Of a stretch of 64,000 bases of DNA, positions 48,940 to 58,684 are shown in pieces. Position numbers and translations under genes: made by a program. The notes below the pieces were generated by a model. The model searched no databases. It saw nothing but the letters and a program-made list of their open reading frames with translations, and was not told the DNA's origin. The number at the start of each line of letters is the position of its first letter. Positions within the stretch are counted from its first letter, which is position 1. This DNA comes from Acidobacteriota bacterium (GTDB lineage Bacteria; Acidobacteriota; UBA6911; RPQK01; JAJDTT01). Location: the NCBI GenBank assembly GCA_965209055.1, contig OZ242374.1:1568001-1632000 (forward strand), given 5' to 3'.

Positions 48940-51900
48940 ATGGCCCAACCGAACAAGAAGTTAGCCGCCGCAGTGGAGGCGTATTTCGGTGAACTTCGGC
49001 GCGTGCGCGCATCGGGTGGCGCGACGGGGGAGCGCTCGTACTATCTGGCGCTGGCGGGCTTGCTGCGCACGATCGGAGCCACACTCAAGCCCAAGGTGTT
49101 CTGCGTTCTGGAACCGGCGGATCAGGGTGCTGGCCATCCCGACTGTGCCCTGTACGCGGCGAGGCAGGTTCAGAGGGGCCGCCCGAGGCCGGGGCAGGTT
49201 CCAGAGCGTGGCGTCGTCGAGGTCAAGGGCGTTGGTGACAATGCCTGGTTGACGGCGGAATCCGATCAGGTGAGCCGCTACTGGGGCCGTTACCGGCTGG
49301 TGCTGGTTACGAATCTACGGAACTTCGTCCTGGTGGGCGCCGACGGGAGGGGAGGCCCCGCCAAGCTCGAAACCTACCGCTTGGCCGAGGATGCGGACGA
49401 CTTCTGGCGCAGGGTGGAGACTCCTCGCGCCTTCGCCCGCGAGGCCGGCGCGGGCCTCGGCGAGTATCTTGCGCGGGCGCTGTCGCACCGGGCCGCCTTG
49501 GCCGAGCCGAAGGACTTGGCGTGGTTGCTGGCTTCCTATGCCCGCGACGGCTTGGCCCGCGTCGAGGCGGCGGGGAACGTTCCATCGCTTATGGCCCTCC
49601 GGTCGGCTATGGAGGAAGCGCTCGGGATTCGCTTCGAGGACGAGCGCGGGGAACGTCTCTTCCGTTCGACCCTGATCCAGACGCTGTTTTACGGCATCTT
49701 CTCCGCGTGGGTACTGTGGTCCCGCCACGAGCAGAAGAAGAACGGCCCGCTGTTCGAGGGCCACTATGGTCCCCAGCTGTTCCGGTGGCGCGAGGCGGTT
49801 TGGCACCTGCGCGCCCCCGTGCTGCGGGCCTTATTCCAACAGTTGGCCGATCCGGGCCGGTTGAAGTCGCTTGGCCTAGTCGAGGTGTTGGACTGGACAG
49901 CGGCGGCGCTCGACCGCGTGGACCGCGCGGTGTTCTTCTCGCGGTTCAACGAAGGCGAGGCGGTGCCGTACTTCTACGAACCGTTCCTCGAAGCCTTCGA
50001 TCCCGTTCTCCGAAAGCAGTTGGGCGTGTGGTACACGCCGAAGGAAGTGGTCCGGTACATGGTGGCGCGGGTGGACAGGGCGCTGAAGGAAGATCTCCAG
50101 GTTTCAGCGGGGCTCGCAGCGGAGAACGTCTATGTGCTGGATCCGTGCTGCGGCACGGGGGCCTATCTGGCGGAAGTGCTCCGCCGCATCTCCCGAAATC
50201 TCGGGGAGCAGGGCCTCGGGGCACTGGCGGGTGCGAAGGTCAGGAAGGCGGCAACCGAGCGGGTGTTCGGGTTCGAGATCATGCCCGCGCCGTTCGTCGT
50301 GTCGCACTTGCAGGTCGGCCTCACCATGCAGAATCTCGGCGCGCCGCTGGCGCAGGACGGATCAGAGCGCGCCGCAGTGTTTCTCACCAACGCGCTTACC
50401 GGGTGGGCAGCAACAGCACCACCCGCGCAATTGGAAGCGTTCCCCGAACTAAGCGACGAGCGCGACCTCGCGGAGTCGGTGAAGCAGGACATCCCGATCC
50501 TCGTAATCATCGGCAACCCGCCCTACAATGGCTTTGCGGGCATGGCGGTGGAGGAGGAACGCGAACTCTCAGAAGCCTACCGCAAGACGAAGAACGTACG
50601 GAAACCCGAGGGACAGGGCCTGAACGATCTGTACGTCCGGTTCTTCCGCATGGCGGAGCGACGCATCGCCGAGAAGACCGGCCAGGGCGTGGTCTGCTTC
50701 ATCTCCAACTACTCGTGGCTCGACGGGCTGTCGTTCACTGGGATGCGGGAGCGCTACCTCGAAGCGTTTGACGCGATCCGGATCGACTGCCTGAACGGCG
50801 ACAAGTACAAGACAGGCAAAGTCGCGCCGGACGGATCACCCGACCCGAGCATCTTTTCGACCCAAGGCGATCCAGTCGGTATCCAAGTAGGCACCGCCAT
50901 CGCGACGCTGGTGCGCAAGGTGGACCACGAACCCAGTGAATCGGTGGGGTTCCGACACTTGTGGGGACAGTCCAAACCGGCTGAGTTGATCGCCACAGCT
51001 GAAGCGGAACCGGACACGCTGTACTCCGAAATCGCACCTTCGCTGCCGTTGGGCCTACCGTTCGGGGAGGCGGCGGTGAGCCCCGACTGGTTCGACTGGC
51101 CCGCGCTCCCCGACCTGTTCTCGGTTTCGTTTCCCGGCGTCAAAACGAGCCGCGACGGGTTTCTGGTGGACACTGACCTTGACCGCCTCCGGGCGCGTGT
51201 TGGCGAATACTTCGACCCGGCCCTGAGCCACGAGGAAATCGCACGGCGCTATCCGACGGTCGTGAAGTCACCGGCGCTTCGTGCGGTGCGTGACACGCTT
51301 CTGAGACGTGGCGGGCCGGACGAATCCGGGTTCATCCGATTTGCGTACCGGCCTTTCGATAACCGCTGGCTCTACTGGGAGAAAGGTGGCCTCTTGGATC
51401 GTCCACGTACCGACTACAGGCCCCATGTGTTCGAGGGGAATAGGTGGCTGTCCTCGGCCCAACATCTGCGGAAGGGAGCCGGTGAGCCGCAGACGTGTTG
51501 CACAAGTGACATGGGGTCTCTGCATTTAATCGAGCGCGGGGCGCTGATGTTTCCGGCATGGCTTCGCGAGGAAGGCTTGAGCGTGGTTACCGGCACGGAA
51601 CGCCGGGCCAATCTCTCTGGAACGGCGCAACGCTATCTCGACTGCATCGGCCACCGTGTCGAAGACCTGTTCCACCACACGTTGGCCACCCTGCATGATC
51701 CCGTGTATCGAGAGGCCAACGCGGGCGCACTACGCATGGAATGGCCGCGCATCCCACTGCCGGATTGGCCGAATGGCGAGGCCAAGGGAGCGGCCCAGGC
51801 ACTGGCCCGGTCGGTAGCTCACGGGCGCCGGCTTGCCGCGCTGCTCGATTCGCAACAGCCTGTATCAAGCGAATCGGGAACGCATCTTTGCCCTGTAATC

Positions 51901-52317
51901 GCCGTGCCGAGCACGGTCGTCGGACGCTACATGGCCGACGAGGACTTTGGTGTGACCGCACGCTGGGGTCACTTCGGAGCGGGCGACGCCGTGATGCCCG
52001 GTAGGGGCCGCGTCGCCGAACGGGCCTATCGACCGGAGGAGCGCGCCGCGTTGGCGGAACACGTTGTTGCTCTTGGTGAGACAACATTCGATGTATACTT
52101 GAACCGGGAGGCCTTCTGGAGCAACGTCCCCTCCGCGGTCTGGAACTACCGGCTTGGCGGATACCAAGTGCTCAAGGAATGGTTATCTTACCGGGAGCAC
52201 GAGGTTCTGGGCAGGAAACTGTGCGCCGAGGAAGTTCAGCACTTCACCGCCGCCGCACGGCGAATCGGCGCGCTACTGGTGGCGTCATCCGACGGACCCG
52301 CGAGGAGGCCGCAATGA
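48940..52317 (+). CDS. single-chain Type IIG restriction-modification enzyme (nuclease, N6-MTase, TRD)
   Basis: GHPD..VVEVK; GVWYTP, LDPCCGTG, IGNPPY; YRPFD, GGYQVLKEWL. Confidence 0.88.
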   Translation: MAQPNKKLAAAVEAYFGELRRVRASGGATGERSYYLALAGLLRTIGATLKPKVFCVLEPADQGAGHPDCALYAARQVQRGRPRPGQVPERGVVEVKGVGDNAWLTAESDQVSRYWGRYRLVLVTNLRNFVLVGADGRGGPAKLETYRLAEDADDFWRRVETPRAFAREAGAGLGEYLARALSHRAALAEPKDLAWLLASYARDGLARVEAAGNVPSLMALRSAMEEALGIRFEDERGERLFRSTLIQTLFYGIFSAWVLWSRHEQKKNGPLFEGHYGPQLFRWREAVWHLRAPVLRALFQQLADPGRLKSLGLVEVLDWTAAALDRVDRAVFFSRFNEGEAVPYFYEPFLEAFDPVLRKQLGVWYTPKEVVRYMVARVDRALKEDLQVSAGLAAENVYVLDPCCGTGAYLAEVLRRISRNLGEQGLGALAGAKVRKAATERVFGFEIMPAPFVVSHLQVGLTMQNLGAPLAQDGSERAAVFLTNALTGWAATAPPAQLEAFPELSDERDLAESVKQDIPILVIIGNPPYNGFAGMAVEEERELSEAYRKTKNVRKPEGQGLNDLYVRFFRMAERRIAEKTGQGVVCFISNYSWLDGLSFTGMRERYLEAFDAIRIDCLNGDKYKTGKVAPDGSPDPSIFSTQGDPVGIQVGTAIATLVRKVDHEPSESVGFRHLWGQSKPAELIATAEAEPDTLYSEIAPSLPLGLPFGEAAVSPDWFDWPALPDLFSVSFPGVKTSRDGFLVDTDLDRLRARVGEYFDPALSHEEIARRYPTVVKSPALRAVRDTLLRRGGPDESGFIRFAYRPFDNRWLYWEKGGLLDRPRTDYRPHVFEGNRWLSSAQHLRKGAGEPQTCCTSDMGSLHLIERGALMFPAWLREEGLSVVTGTERRANLSGTAQRYLDCIGHRVEDLFHHTLATLHDPVYREANAGALRMEWPRIPLPDWPNGEAKGAAQALARSVAHGRRLAALLDSQQPVSSESGTHLCPVIAVPSTVVGRYMADEDFGVTARWGHFGAGDAVMPGRGRVAERAYRPEERAALAEHVVALGETTFDVYLNREAFWSNVPSAVWNYRLGGYQVLKEWLSYREHEVLGRKLCAEEVQHFTAAARRIGALLVASSDGPARRPQ

Positions 52318-52412
52318 CCGAGAAGCTCATCAACAGGAACCCTGATGTTCTGGGTGGGACTCCAGTGTTCTCCGGGACCAGGGTTCCGGTGCGGATCCTG
52401 ATGGAACCTTGA
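52314..52412 (+). pseudogene. truncated DUF433 antitoxin
   Basis: MTEKLINRNPDVLGGTPVFSGTRVPV then a premature stop. Confidence 0.7.
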
Positions 52413-52971
52413 AGCCGGCGACCGACCGTGTGGGAGGGAGCGGGCCGCTGAGTGGTGCTCACGGCAGGACCGATTCGTCCACGGCCCGGACGGCCCGTCA
52501 GGTGGGATGGCGCCCAATAATCGAGCGCGGCAGCGGCGCGCCGGTTCTCGATAAATGACATCCCTCCTCCAACGGTGAGCACCAGTCTTCTGCCTGACGG
52601 CCCGAGGTCAGCAGTGACAGTTGAAATATGGGGGCAACTGTGGGGGCAACAAAATGAATAATTAGATCGTTAGCTTTTTATAATCAGGTGTTTACGACTC
52701 GTTTTCGATTCCGTCCCCCGCACCCCTTTACAAAATCGCCTTCTCCCCCTTTCTACTACCGTCCGCAGACGCAGGATTCGGTTCCCGACGCCTCCGCCAA
52801 TTCGCAAAGTCATAGAGCGCATCTCGATGTGAAGGCGGCGTGACCACCTGCTGCTCACGGAAGAGGCGTCGAGCCAGCCCAGCAGAAAAAAATTTTGATC
52901 CCGTCCAAGCGCCCCTTGCAGCATAATCTTGAATGAACCAGGTTAATTGGACCAAGTCTCAGGAGGATTGC

Positions 52972-53238
52972 ATGCGGACTGTCAGTATGCACGAAGCTAA
53001 GATGCACCTTTCCCGTCTCGTACAGGCTGCCGCCAATGGCGAGCCGTTCATCATCGCCCGGGCCGGCAAGCCGCTGGTCAAAGTCGTCGCAGTAGAGGCG
53101 CCGGATCCTGGAACAGTGCGCCGAATCGGGTTTCTGGCCGGCAGAATCTCGGTGCCGCCCGACTTCGACCTTATGGGCGCTGACGAGACCGGGACATTGT
53201 TCGAAGGTGAGCATGACGGCGATCGTGAAAGCAAGTGA
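52972..53238 (+). CDS. Phd/YefM antitoxin (no cognate toxin downstream)
   Basis: VSMHEAKMHLSRLV..GEPFIIARAGKPLV; AGGAGG RBS. Confidence 0.88.
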   Translation: MRTVSMHEAKMHLSRLVQAAANGEPFIIARAGKPLVKVVAVEAPDPGTVRRIGFLAGRISVPPDFDLMGADETGTLFEGEHDGDRESK

Positions 53239-53257
53239 CAGTCCCCTTCGCACGCAC

Positions 53258-53902
53258 ATGAAGCCTACCAGCGAAGAACTCCGCCAACTCGGTCGGCGCG
53301 ACCCCGTGCTGGGGGCGGCCATGCGACGGTTGCCACCCTTTCCGGGCTTCCCGATGGGGGTGCTCGCCCGTGGTTCGCACTTTCAGGCGATCGCCAGGTC
53401 GATCGCCTTTCAGCAACTCGCCGCTGCGGCCGCGAACACAATCTACTCGCGGGTGTGCGCTCTGACCCCGGGACCACGTTTCCCCACCGTCGAAGAGTGT
53501 CTCGAGCTGTCCGACGAAGCGTTTCGCAGCGCGGGATTCTCGGCCCCGAAAACCCGGGCCGTCAAGGACTTGGCAGCCCGGTGTACGGATGGCTCCGTCC
53601 GTCTGCGCAGCGTGTCCCGGATGACGGACGACGAAATCGTGGAGATGCTGTCGTCCGTGTGGGGAATCGGCGAGTGGACCGCGCAAATGTTCCTGATGTT
53701 CCGTCTTGGCCGCCTCGACGTGATGCCCGTGGGGGACCTGGGTGTCCGCGAGGGTGCGCGTCTGCTTGACGGGCTGGACGAGCGCCCCGTTCCGGCCGTC
53801 GTTCTGGAACGCGCCGAGGTCTGGCGGCCGCTGCGTTCCGTGGCGACCTGGGTCCTCTATCGCCTGTGCGATGAAGCCAGGGATGCCGGCATGACCGCAT
53901 GA
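53258..53902 (+). CDS. AlkA-like DNA-3-methyladenine glycosylase (HhH-GPD)
   Basis: IAFQQL, GIGEWTAQMFLMF.LGRLDVMPVGDLG, WRPLRS. Confidence 0.9.
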   Translation: MKPTSEELRQLGRRDPVLGAAMRRLPPFPGFPMGVLARGSHFQAIARSIAFQQLAAAAANTIYSRVCALTPGPRFPTVEECLELSDEAFRSAGFSAPKTRAVKDLAARCTDGSVRLRSVSRMTDDEIVEMLSSVWGIGEWTAQMFLMFRLGRLDVMPVGDLGVREGARLLDGLDERPVPAVVLERAEVWRPLRSVATWVLYRLCDEARDAGMTA

Positions 53903-54100
53903 CGCTTGACCCGGATCCCACCGATCAGTTCTGGCAGGCCCTCGTTCGAGCACTGGCCGCGTCGGGGCAAGGAAGTGACTGTCCCATAATTGTTCTCGTC
54001 CGGGCTGGGGCAGACAAGGAACCGATCGTTTCATGATCAGATTGACAAAGAAACGGTTGATTCCTTAGATTGCAGCGCAGGAAAGGGGCGGTTCGCAACC

Positions 54101-55282
54101 GTGGCTCGCCAGACTGGTCAATACCGCATCACCAGCACCCTCGGAGAAGAGGTGCCCGCATTCGTACCCTACCCGCTTCCTCCGGACGATCCACCTTTGG
54201 CCCTGGCCGGCGCGGCGGCCGAGCTCGAGGCCGCCGCCATGGCCGCGTTGGCCCGCCTTGCCGTAGCGGGATCGATGGTGCTGAGCATCGACTGGTTCCT
54301 CTACGGATTCGTCCGCAAGGAGGCGGTCGTCACCTCGCAGATCGAAGGGACGCAGGCAACGCTCCGCGACGTGATCACCTTCGAAGCCACGCACCGTAGC
54401 GACCGTCCGGACGACGTACGCGAGGTCTGCAACTATGTGGACGCGCTCGCCCACGCCCGCGCGCGAATCGCGGACCCCAAGGGGCTTCCGCTCAGCATCC
54501 GCCTCCTGTGCGAGGCGCACCACATCCTGATGGCGGGTGTACGAGGCGAGAACATGCAGCCCGGTGAAATCCGCCGCTCGCAGAACTGGATCGGTGGCAG
54601 CCGGCCGGGCAACGCCCGCTTCGTGCCCCCTCCACCAGAGGAGGTGCCGGGCGCGCTCGGCGCGCTGGAACGGTGGCTGCACCAGGACAGCGATCTCCCG
54701 CCGCTGGTCCGGGCGGGTCTTGCGCACGTACAGTTCGAGACGATTCATCCGTTCCTCGACGGCAACGGACGCATCGGCCGGTTGTTGATTGCGCTCCTGA
54801 TGGAGCACTGGGGGCTGCTCGATCTGCCTCTTCTCTACCTCAGCCTGGCATTCAAGCGGAACCAGCCGGAGTATTACACCCGGCTCGCGGCCGTGCGCAG
54901 CGATGGCGACTGGGAGGGTTGGATCCGGTTCTTCCTCGACTGCGTGCGCGAGGCCGCCGATGACGGCGTTCGGGTCGCCCGGGAGCTGCATGCGCTTGTC
55001 GGGCGCGACCGTGACCGCGTTCTGGTCCATGAGCGTGCGACTGTGACCGCCATCCGGCTGATCGAGCGCCTGCCGTCCCGTCCGGTCGTGACCGTCGCCG
55101 CGGCGTCAGATCTCCTCGGCCTCACGGCGCCGCCGACCCGCAAGGCCGTGGCGTTGCTGGAGGGCCTTGGCGTGCTGCGCGAGATCACGGGAAGGCGGCG
55201 TGGACGCGCCTACTCCTACCACGAATATCTTCACATCCTGACGGACGACGAGCCCCGTCGAAGAACCGGTCCCGGTGCATGA
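54101..55282 (+). CDS. Fic family protein (N-terminal inhibitory motif)
   Basis: TSQIEG, HPFLDGNGRIGR. Confidence 0.92.
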   Translation: MARQTGQYRITSTLGEEVPAFVPYPLPPDDPPLALAGAAAELEAAAMAALARLAVAGSMVLSIDWFLYGFVRKEAVVTSQIEGTQATLRDVITFEATHRSDRPDDVREVCNYVDALAHARARIADPKGLPLSIRLLCEAHHILMAGVRGENMQPGEIRRSQNWIGGSRPGNARFVPPPPEEVPGALGALERWLHQDSDLPPLVRAGLAHVQFETIHPFLDGNGRIGRLLIALLMEHWGLLDLPLLYLSLAFKRNQPEYYTRLAAVRSDGDWEGWIRFFLDCVREAADDGVRVARELHALVGRDRDRVLVHERATVTAIRLIERLPSRPVVTVAAASDLLGLTAPPTRKAVALLEGLGVLREITGRRRGRAYSYHEYLHILTDDEPRRRTGPGA

Positions 55283-55621
55283 CGTCATTCCGCGACGATC
55301 ATTCGGGCGGAAGAAAGAGAGTGACTGTCCCCTATTGGTTCTGCTCCGGCCAGGATCTGGGTAGGCTGGCGCGCCCCTGAGAGAAGGAGGGATTGAGGCC
55401 GGGTAAGGTCTCTTACAGTCCCTATAGTTCAGATTCCTTGATTTGAGCGATCTTCATCAGGTGCTTCTGCAGACCACGTTTCAGAGCGCCGCTGTGCACA
55501 GGGACCGAGATACGGGCAGGAATCCCTGCCTTCACATAGATGTGGTGGTTGCCTCTGACTCGCTTCAAACGTCAACCTCGCGACTCGAGCAGCCGGCAGA
55601 ATTGCTTCCCGCTGACGGTTC

Positions 55622-55825
55622 TCACACGGCAATCTCGATGATTTTGTCCTTCTCGGAGACAGGAATATCCCGGGCCTCGACAGATAAGCACCCCTCGACG
55701 GCTTCGTAGAGGTTGCCTAACAGATCTTCAAATGAGTCTCCCTGGGTCGCACACCCTGGGATGGACGGCACCTCCGCCCAGTATCCGCCCTCCTCCGCTT
55801 CATGGGTCACGACTTTCAGTTTCAT
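55622..55825 (-). CDS. HicB-family antitoxin (orphan)
   Basis: HEAEEGGYWAEVPSIPGCATQGDS. Confidence 0.88.
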   Translation of the reverse strand: MKLKVVTHEAEEGGYWAEVPSIPGCATQGDSFEDLLGNLYEAVEGCLSVEARDIPVSEKDKIIEIAV

Positions 55826-56070
55826 GATTCCTCCCGCTCTGGAAGATTCGGCACAATGCGAACCCATCCCCTCCTGAGGGACCAATGATTGGAGCCACTC
55901 CAGGAAAAGCCAACCTACACCAGGGAGACCCATATGTTCGCGGAGTCACTCGCCGGAGCCGAAGTTGACCGTCCCTCTGCTCGGCCCGATCCTGGGCAAG
56001 AAAGTGACTGTCCCCACCTCGCGTATCCGAGGATCTCACGGCACCTTTCTAGGAGGTCCGTATTGAGATT

Positions 56071-56370
56071 TCAGACATGAGCATGTTGGGGCTTTAGCGT
56101 TGGCAAGGTCTTGATCTCCCTGCGGGCTTTCTTCTCGGCAAGGCGCAGTTCATAGAGTTTTTGAAGATTGAGCCAAAACTCCGCACTGGTGCCAAAGAAG
56201 TGGCCGAGGCGCAAGGCGGTATCGGCGGTAATTGCCCTCCGTTCGTTCAGAATCTCAGTAATGCGGTTCGTAGGAACATTCAGGTTACGCGCGAGCGCAG
56301 CGGCACTCATATTGAGCTCTTTCAGTTCTTCGGCGACATGTTTGCCGGGATGGATTGCAGGCAAGCTCAT
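56071..56370 (-). CDS. higA: HigA antitoxin
   Basis: IHPGKH, VPTNRITEI, TALRLGHFFGTSAEFWLNLQ. Confidence 0.92.
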   Translation of the reverse strand: MSLPAIHPGKHVAEELKELNMSAAALARNLNVPTNRITEILNERRAITADTALRLGHFFGTSAEFWLNLQKLYELRLAEKKARREIKTLPTLKPQHAHV

Positions 56371-56666
56371 AGCGGTTCTCCTAAGTGGTAGTCAACAATC
56401 TCTACATTCTCAGGTCCAGAGGATTCCTTCGGCCATTCGAAGCAAATCCGCCACTTGTCATTGATACGGATGCTGTACTGGCCCTTGCGGTCACCTTTGA
56501 GTGCTTCGAAACGATTGCCGGGCAAGGCGGCAAGGTCCTGAAGAGCGGTTGCCGCTTCAAGTCGATCGATCTTCAAGAGTGAAGCCCGTTCGATACCGGA
56601 GAAAGCCTTTATCCGTTTCCCGGTGGCGAAGTCCCTAGTCCGCTTGTCGCGGTAGCTAACGATCAT
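56367..56666 (-). CDS. higB: HigB toxin
   Basis: PGNRFEALKGDRKGQYSIRINDKWRICF..VDYH. Confidence 0.93.
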   Translation of the reverse strand: MIVSYRDKRTRDFATGKRIKAFSGIERASLLKIDRLEAATALQDLAALPGNRFEALKGDRKGQYSIRINDKWRICFEWPKESSGPENVEIVDYHLGEPL

Positions 56667-57017
56667 TCCGAATTTACCCGAAAATATGCGTTACGTCAAG
56701 AGTAAAGGTCATCGTAGCGAGTTTCCATCGCAACTGGCTAGAGGGTTCGAGGGAATCCTAAACGTCGATGGAAGTAGTGCCTTCGGCAGAGCACGGTGAA
56801 ATACGGATTCCGACCGCTGCAAGGAACTGCCCAAGCCTGTACGCGGAATCGCATCTGCGAGGCTGTACCTCTCATCGTAGGGTGAATTGGATCCTGGGAG
56901 CAGGTTGATCGTCTTTGAAGCAATGGTACTGTCGACATCTACGCCGAAACACACACCTTACGGGGCTTCCGGCGTGCTCGAAATCTTCAGACCGGCGATC
57001 TGGTCGGTCTGCTCCTC

Positions 57018-58532
57018 TCACTTGAACCGGAAGGAATAGATATCCGCGTCCTTCATGACGAAGCGAAGCCGGATCGGCCTTTCCGCCAGCCGGTCGAATC
57101 TCATGGGGTCGGTGGGCAGGAATCCCGGCCGGCTCCACCGGATCCTTCTCTGAATGTGATCGCCGAAGATGACCGGGGATTCCTCCAGCGTGAAACCCGG
57201 AATCGGTTGCCCGTCCTGGTCTTGAACCTCGATTCGGATGCTGCCCACGGCCGAGGTCGAGAAGTTGAGGACCAGATCCCTGCCTTCGAACCGGAACGGC
57301 TTGGTGACGAATTCCCCGCCGGAGTAGGGCGCCTTGATGGAAGTGAAGCCGTCGGTGCGCAGGATGAATCGCTCCAGGTAGGCGGACGGATAGGTGTAGT
57401 TTCGGGACACGTAGATCGACATCTCGTCATTGATGATGGGCACCACGCCGACGGCTGTGCTGTTGGTCCGGTGGATCCAGTTCCGCTCCTCCCTTCCCGG
57501 CCGGATGAACGCCTCCGGCCAGACGTTCCAGTCGATCCCGTCACGGCTGGACATGAAGACGGTCTCCGAAATACCGGGCCGGGGAGCGTCATCGTGGATC
57601 TGCCTCAACGGTTGGAACCGCTTGGGAAACCCCAGAGAGATATGGGGAGCCCGGAAATAGGGTGTCGCGGCATTCGTGTAGAGGTGGTCCACCGGACGGG
57701 CGTTGCCGTTGAAGGTGCAGGGGACCGGCTCCGTCCAATCGACGAGGTCCTTGGACGTGGTCCGGGCGAAGGTGCGGACGTCCTGCAGCATGTAGCGGAA
57801 GTAGAAGACGTACTGTTGCTCCGATTCGGACCAGAACAGCACGTTGACGGAATCGAAGGCATTGGGAAGCGAGGTGACGAAGAGGGGGTCCTCCCGCCAC
57901 TTCTTCCACTGCAATCCGTCGGGCGAGACCCAGAGCACCAGGCCCACGGAGCGTTCCCTGGTTTGGCCGAAACGGGGATTGATGCCGACTCCGCCCCCCG
58001 CCTTGAAACGCATCGCCGGATCGACGCCGGGCCGGGTGTCCAGCAGGGGCGCACCCTGAGGCCTATCGGTGACGATGTTGTTTTCGGTGGATCCGTCAAA
58101 CTCGTAGAGGCCGAGATTCGGCCGCGTCCAGTGGATTCCGTCCCGGCTTTCGGCATAGCAGAGAAAGTTGGGATGTGCAGGCGTGAGCTTCTCGTCCTGC
58201 CGCAGTCCGGCCTTCCTCGCATAGGTCGGGTCGGTGCGGCCCATGTAGTACATGCGGAAGAGGTCGCCGTCCTTGAAGACGGTCAACTGCCAACTGGTGT
58301 TCCCCTCCCAGGGACGATCGAATTCCAGGACTTTGCCGCCGGACCAGGGTGAGTGAAGGCGGATTTCCACTCCCTCCATCTCGGCGATCAGATGGTCGTC
58401 GGTGAACAACTCCAGCCGGGAACCGATGTCAACGGTTTCCATGGAATTGGCCTCCCCCGCGGCAATAAAGGAACCGGTCGCAGCCGCAGATAGGGCCAGC
58501 AACGCCAAGACTCGAAGCCAGGTTACGCGCAT
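57018..58532 (-). CDS. secreted five-bladed beta-propeller glycoside hydrolase-like protein
   Basis: Signal peptide, YAESRDGIHW.RPNLGL, SRDG repeats, RTDGF, DADIYSFRF. Confidence 0.75.
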   Translation of the reverse strand: MRVTWLRVLALLALSAAATGSFIAAGEANSMETVDIGSRLELFTDDHLIAEMEGVEIRLHSPWSGGKVLEFDRPWEGNTSWQLTVFKDGDLFRMYYMGRTDPTYARKAGLRQDEKLTPAHPNFLCYAESRDGIHWTRPNLGLYEFDGSTENNIVTDRPQGAPLLDTRPGVDPAMRFKAGGGVGINPRFGQTRERSVGLVLWVSPDGLQWKKWREDPLFVTSLPNAFDSVNVLFWSESEQQYVFYFRYMLQDVRTFARTTSKDLVDWTEPVPCTFNGNARPVDHLYTNAATPYFRAPHISLGFPKRFQPLRQIHDDAPRPGISETVFMSSRDGIDWNVWPEAFIRPGREERNWIHRTNSTAVGVVPIINDEMSIYVSRNYTYPSAYLERFILRTDGFTSIKAPYSGGEFVTKPFRFEGRDLVLNFSTSAVGSIRIEVQDQDGQPIPGFTLEESPVIFGDHIQRRIRWSRPGFLPTDPMRFDRLAERPIRLRFVMKDADIYSFRFK

Positions 58533-58684
58533 GATTCACTCCTCGGTCGCAATTGGGTCCGCTGTCCCGCGGGTTGCCGCGTGGACGCCGACAATTCCGA
58601 TTCTGTCCATGTTGAAATCGCAATCATGTGAGGATACGTTTCGGAAGCGTTCGCGCCAAGGGCTGTTAACAGGAGGGGTCGCCA

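Larger units (their letters stand above)
12545..52727 (+). mobile_element. genomic island integrated at tRNA-Phe 3' end (~40.2 kb)
   Basis: TTCGATTCCGTCCCCCGGCACCCCT (12545-12569) repeated as TTCGATTCCGTCCCCCG-CACCCCT (52704-52727); paired TGGGGGCA arm-like sites at 12681/12693 and 52629/52641; integrase adjacent. Confidence 0.93.
53233..56015 (+). repeat. dispersed direct repeats (A/G)AGTGAC(T/A)GTCCC at gene boundaries
   Basis: Copies at 53233, 53973, 55319 and 56002; degenerate copy at ~55413. Confidence 0.7.

Noticed and set aside
56700-56990. Possible PIN toxin remnant
   Set aside because: Only a vague YSLADA...NPL resemblance; cannot be supported without a search
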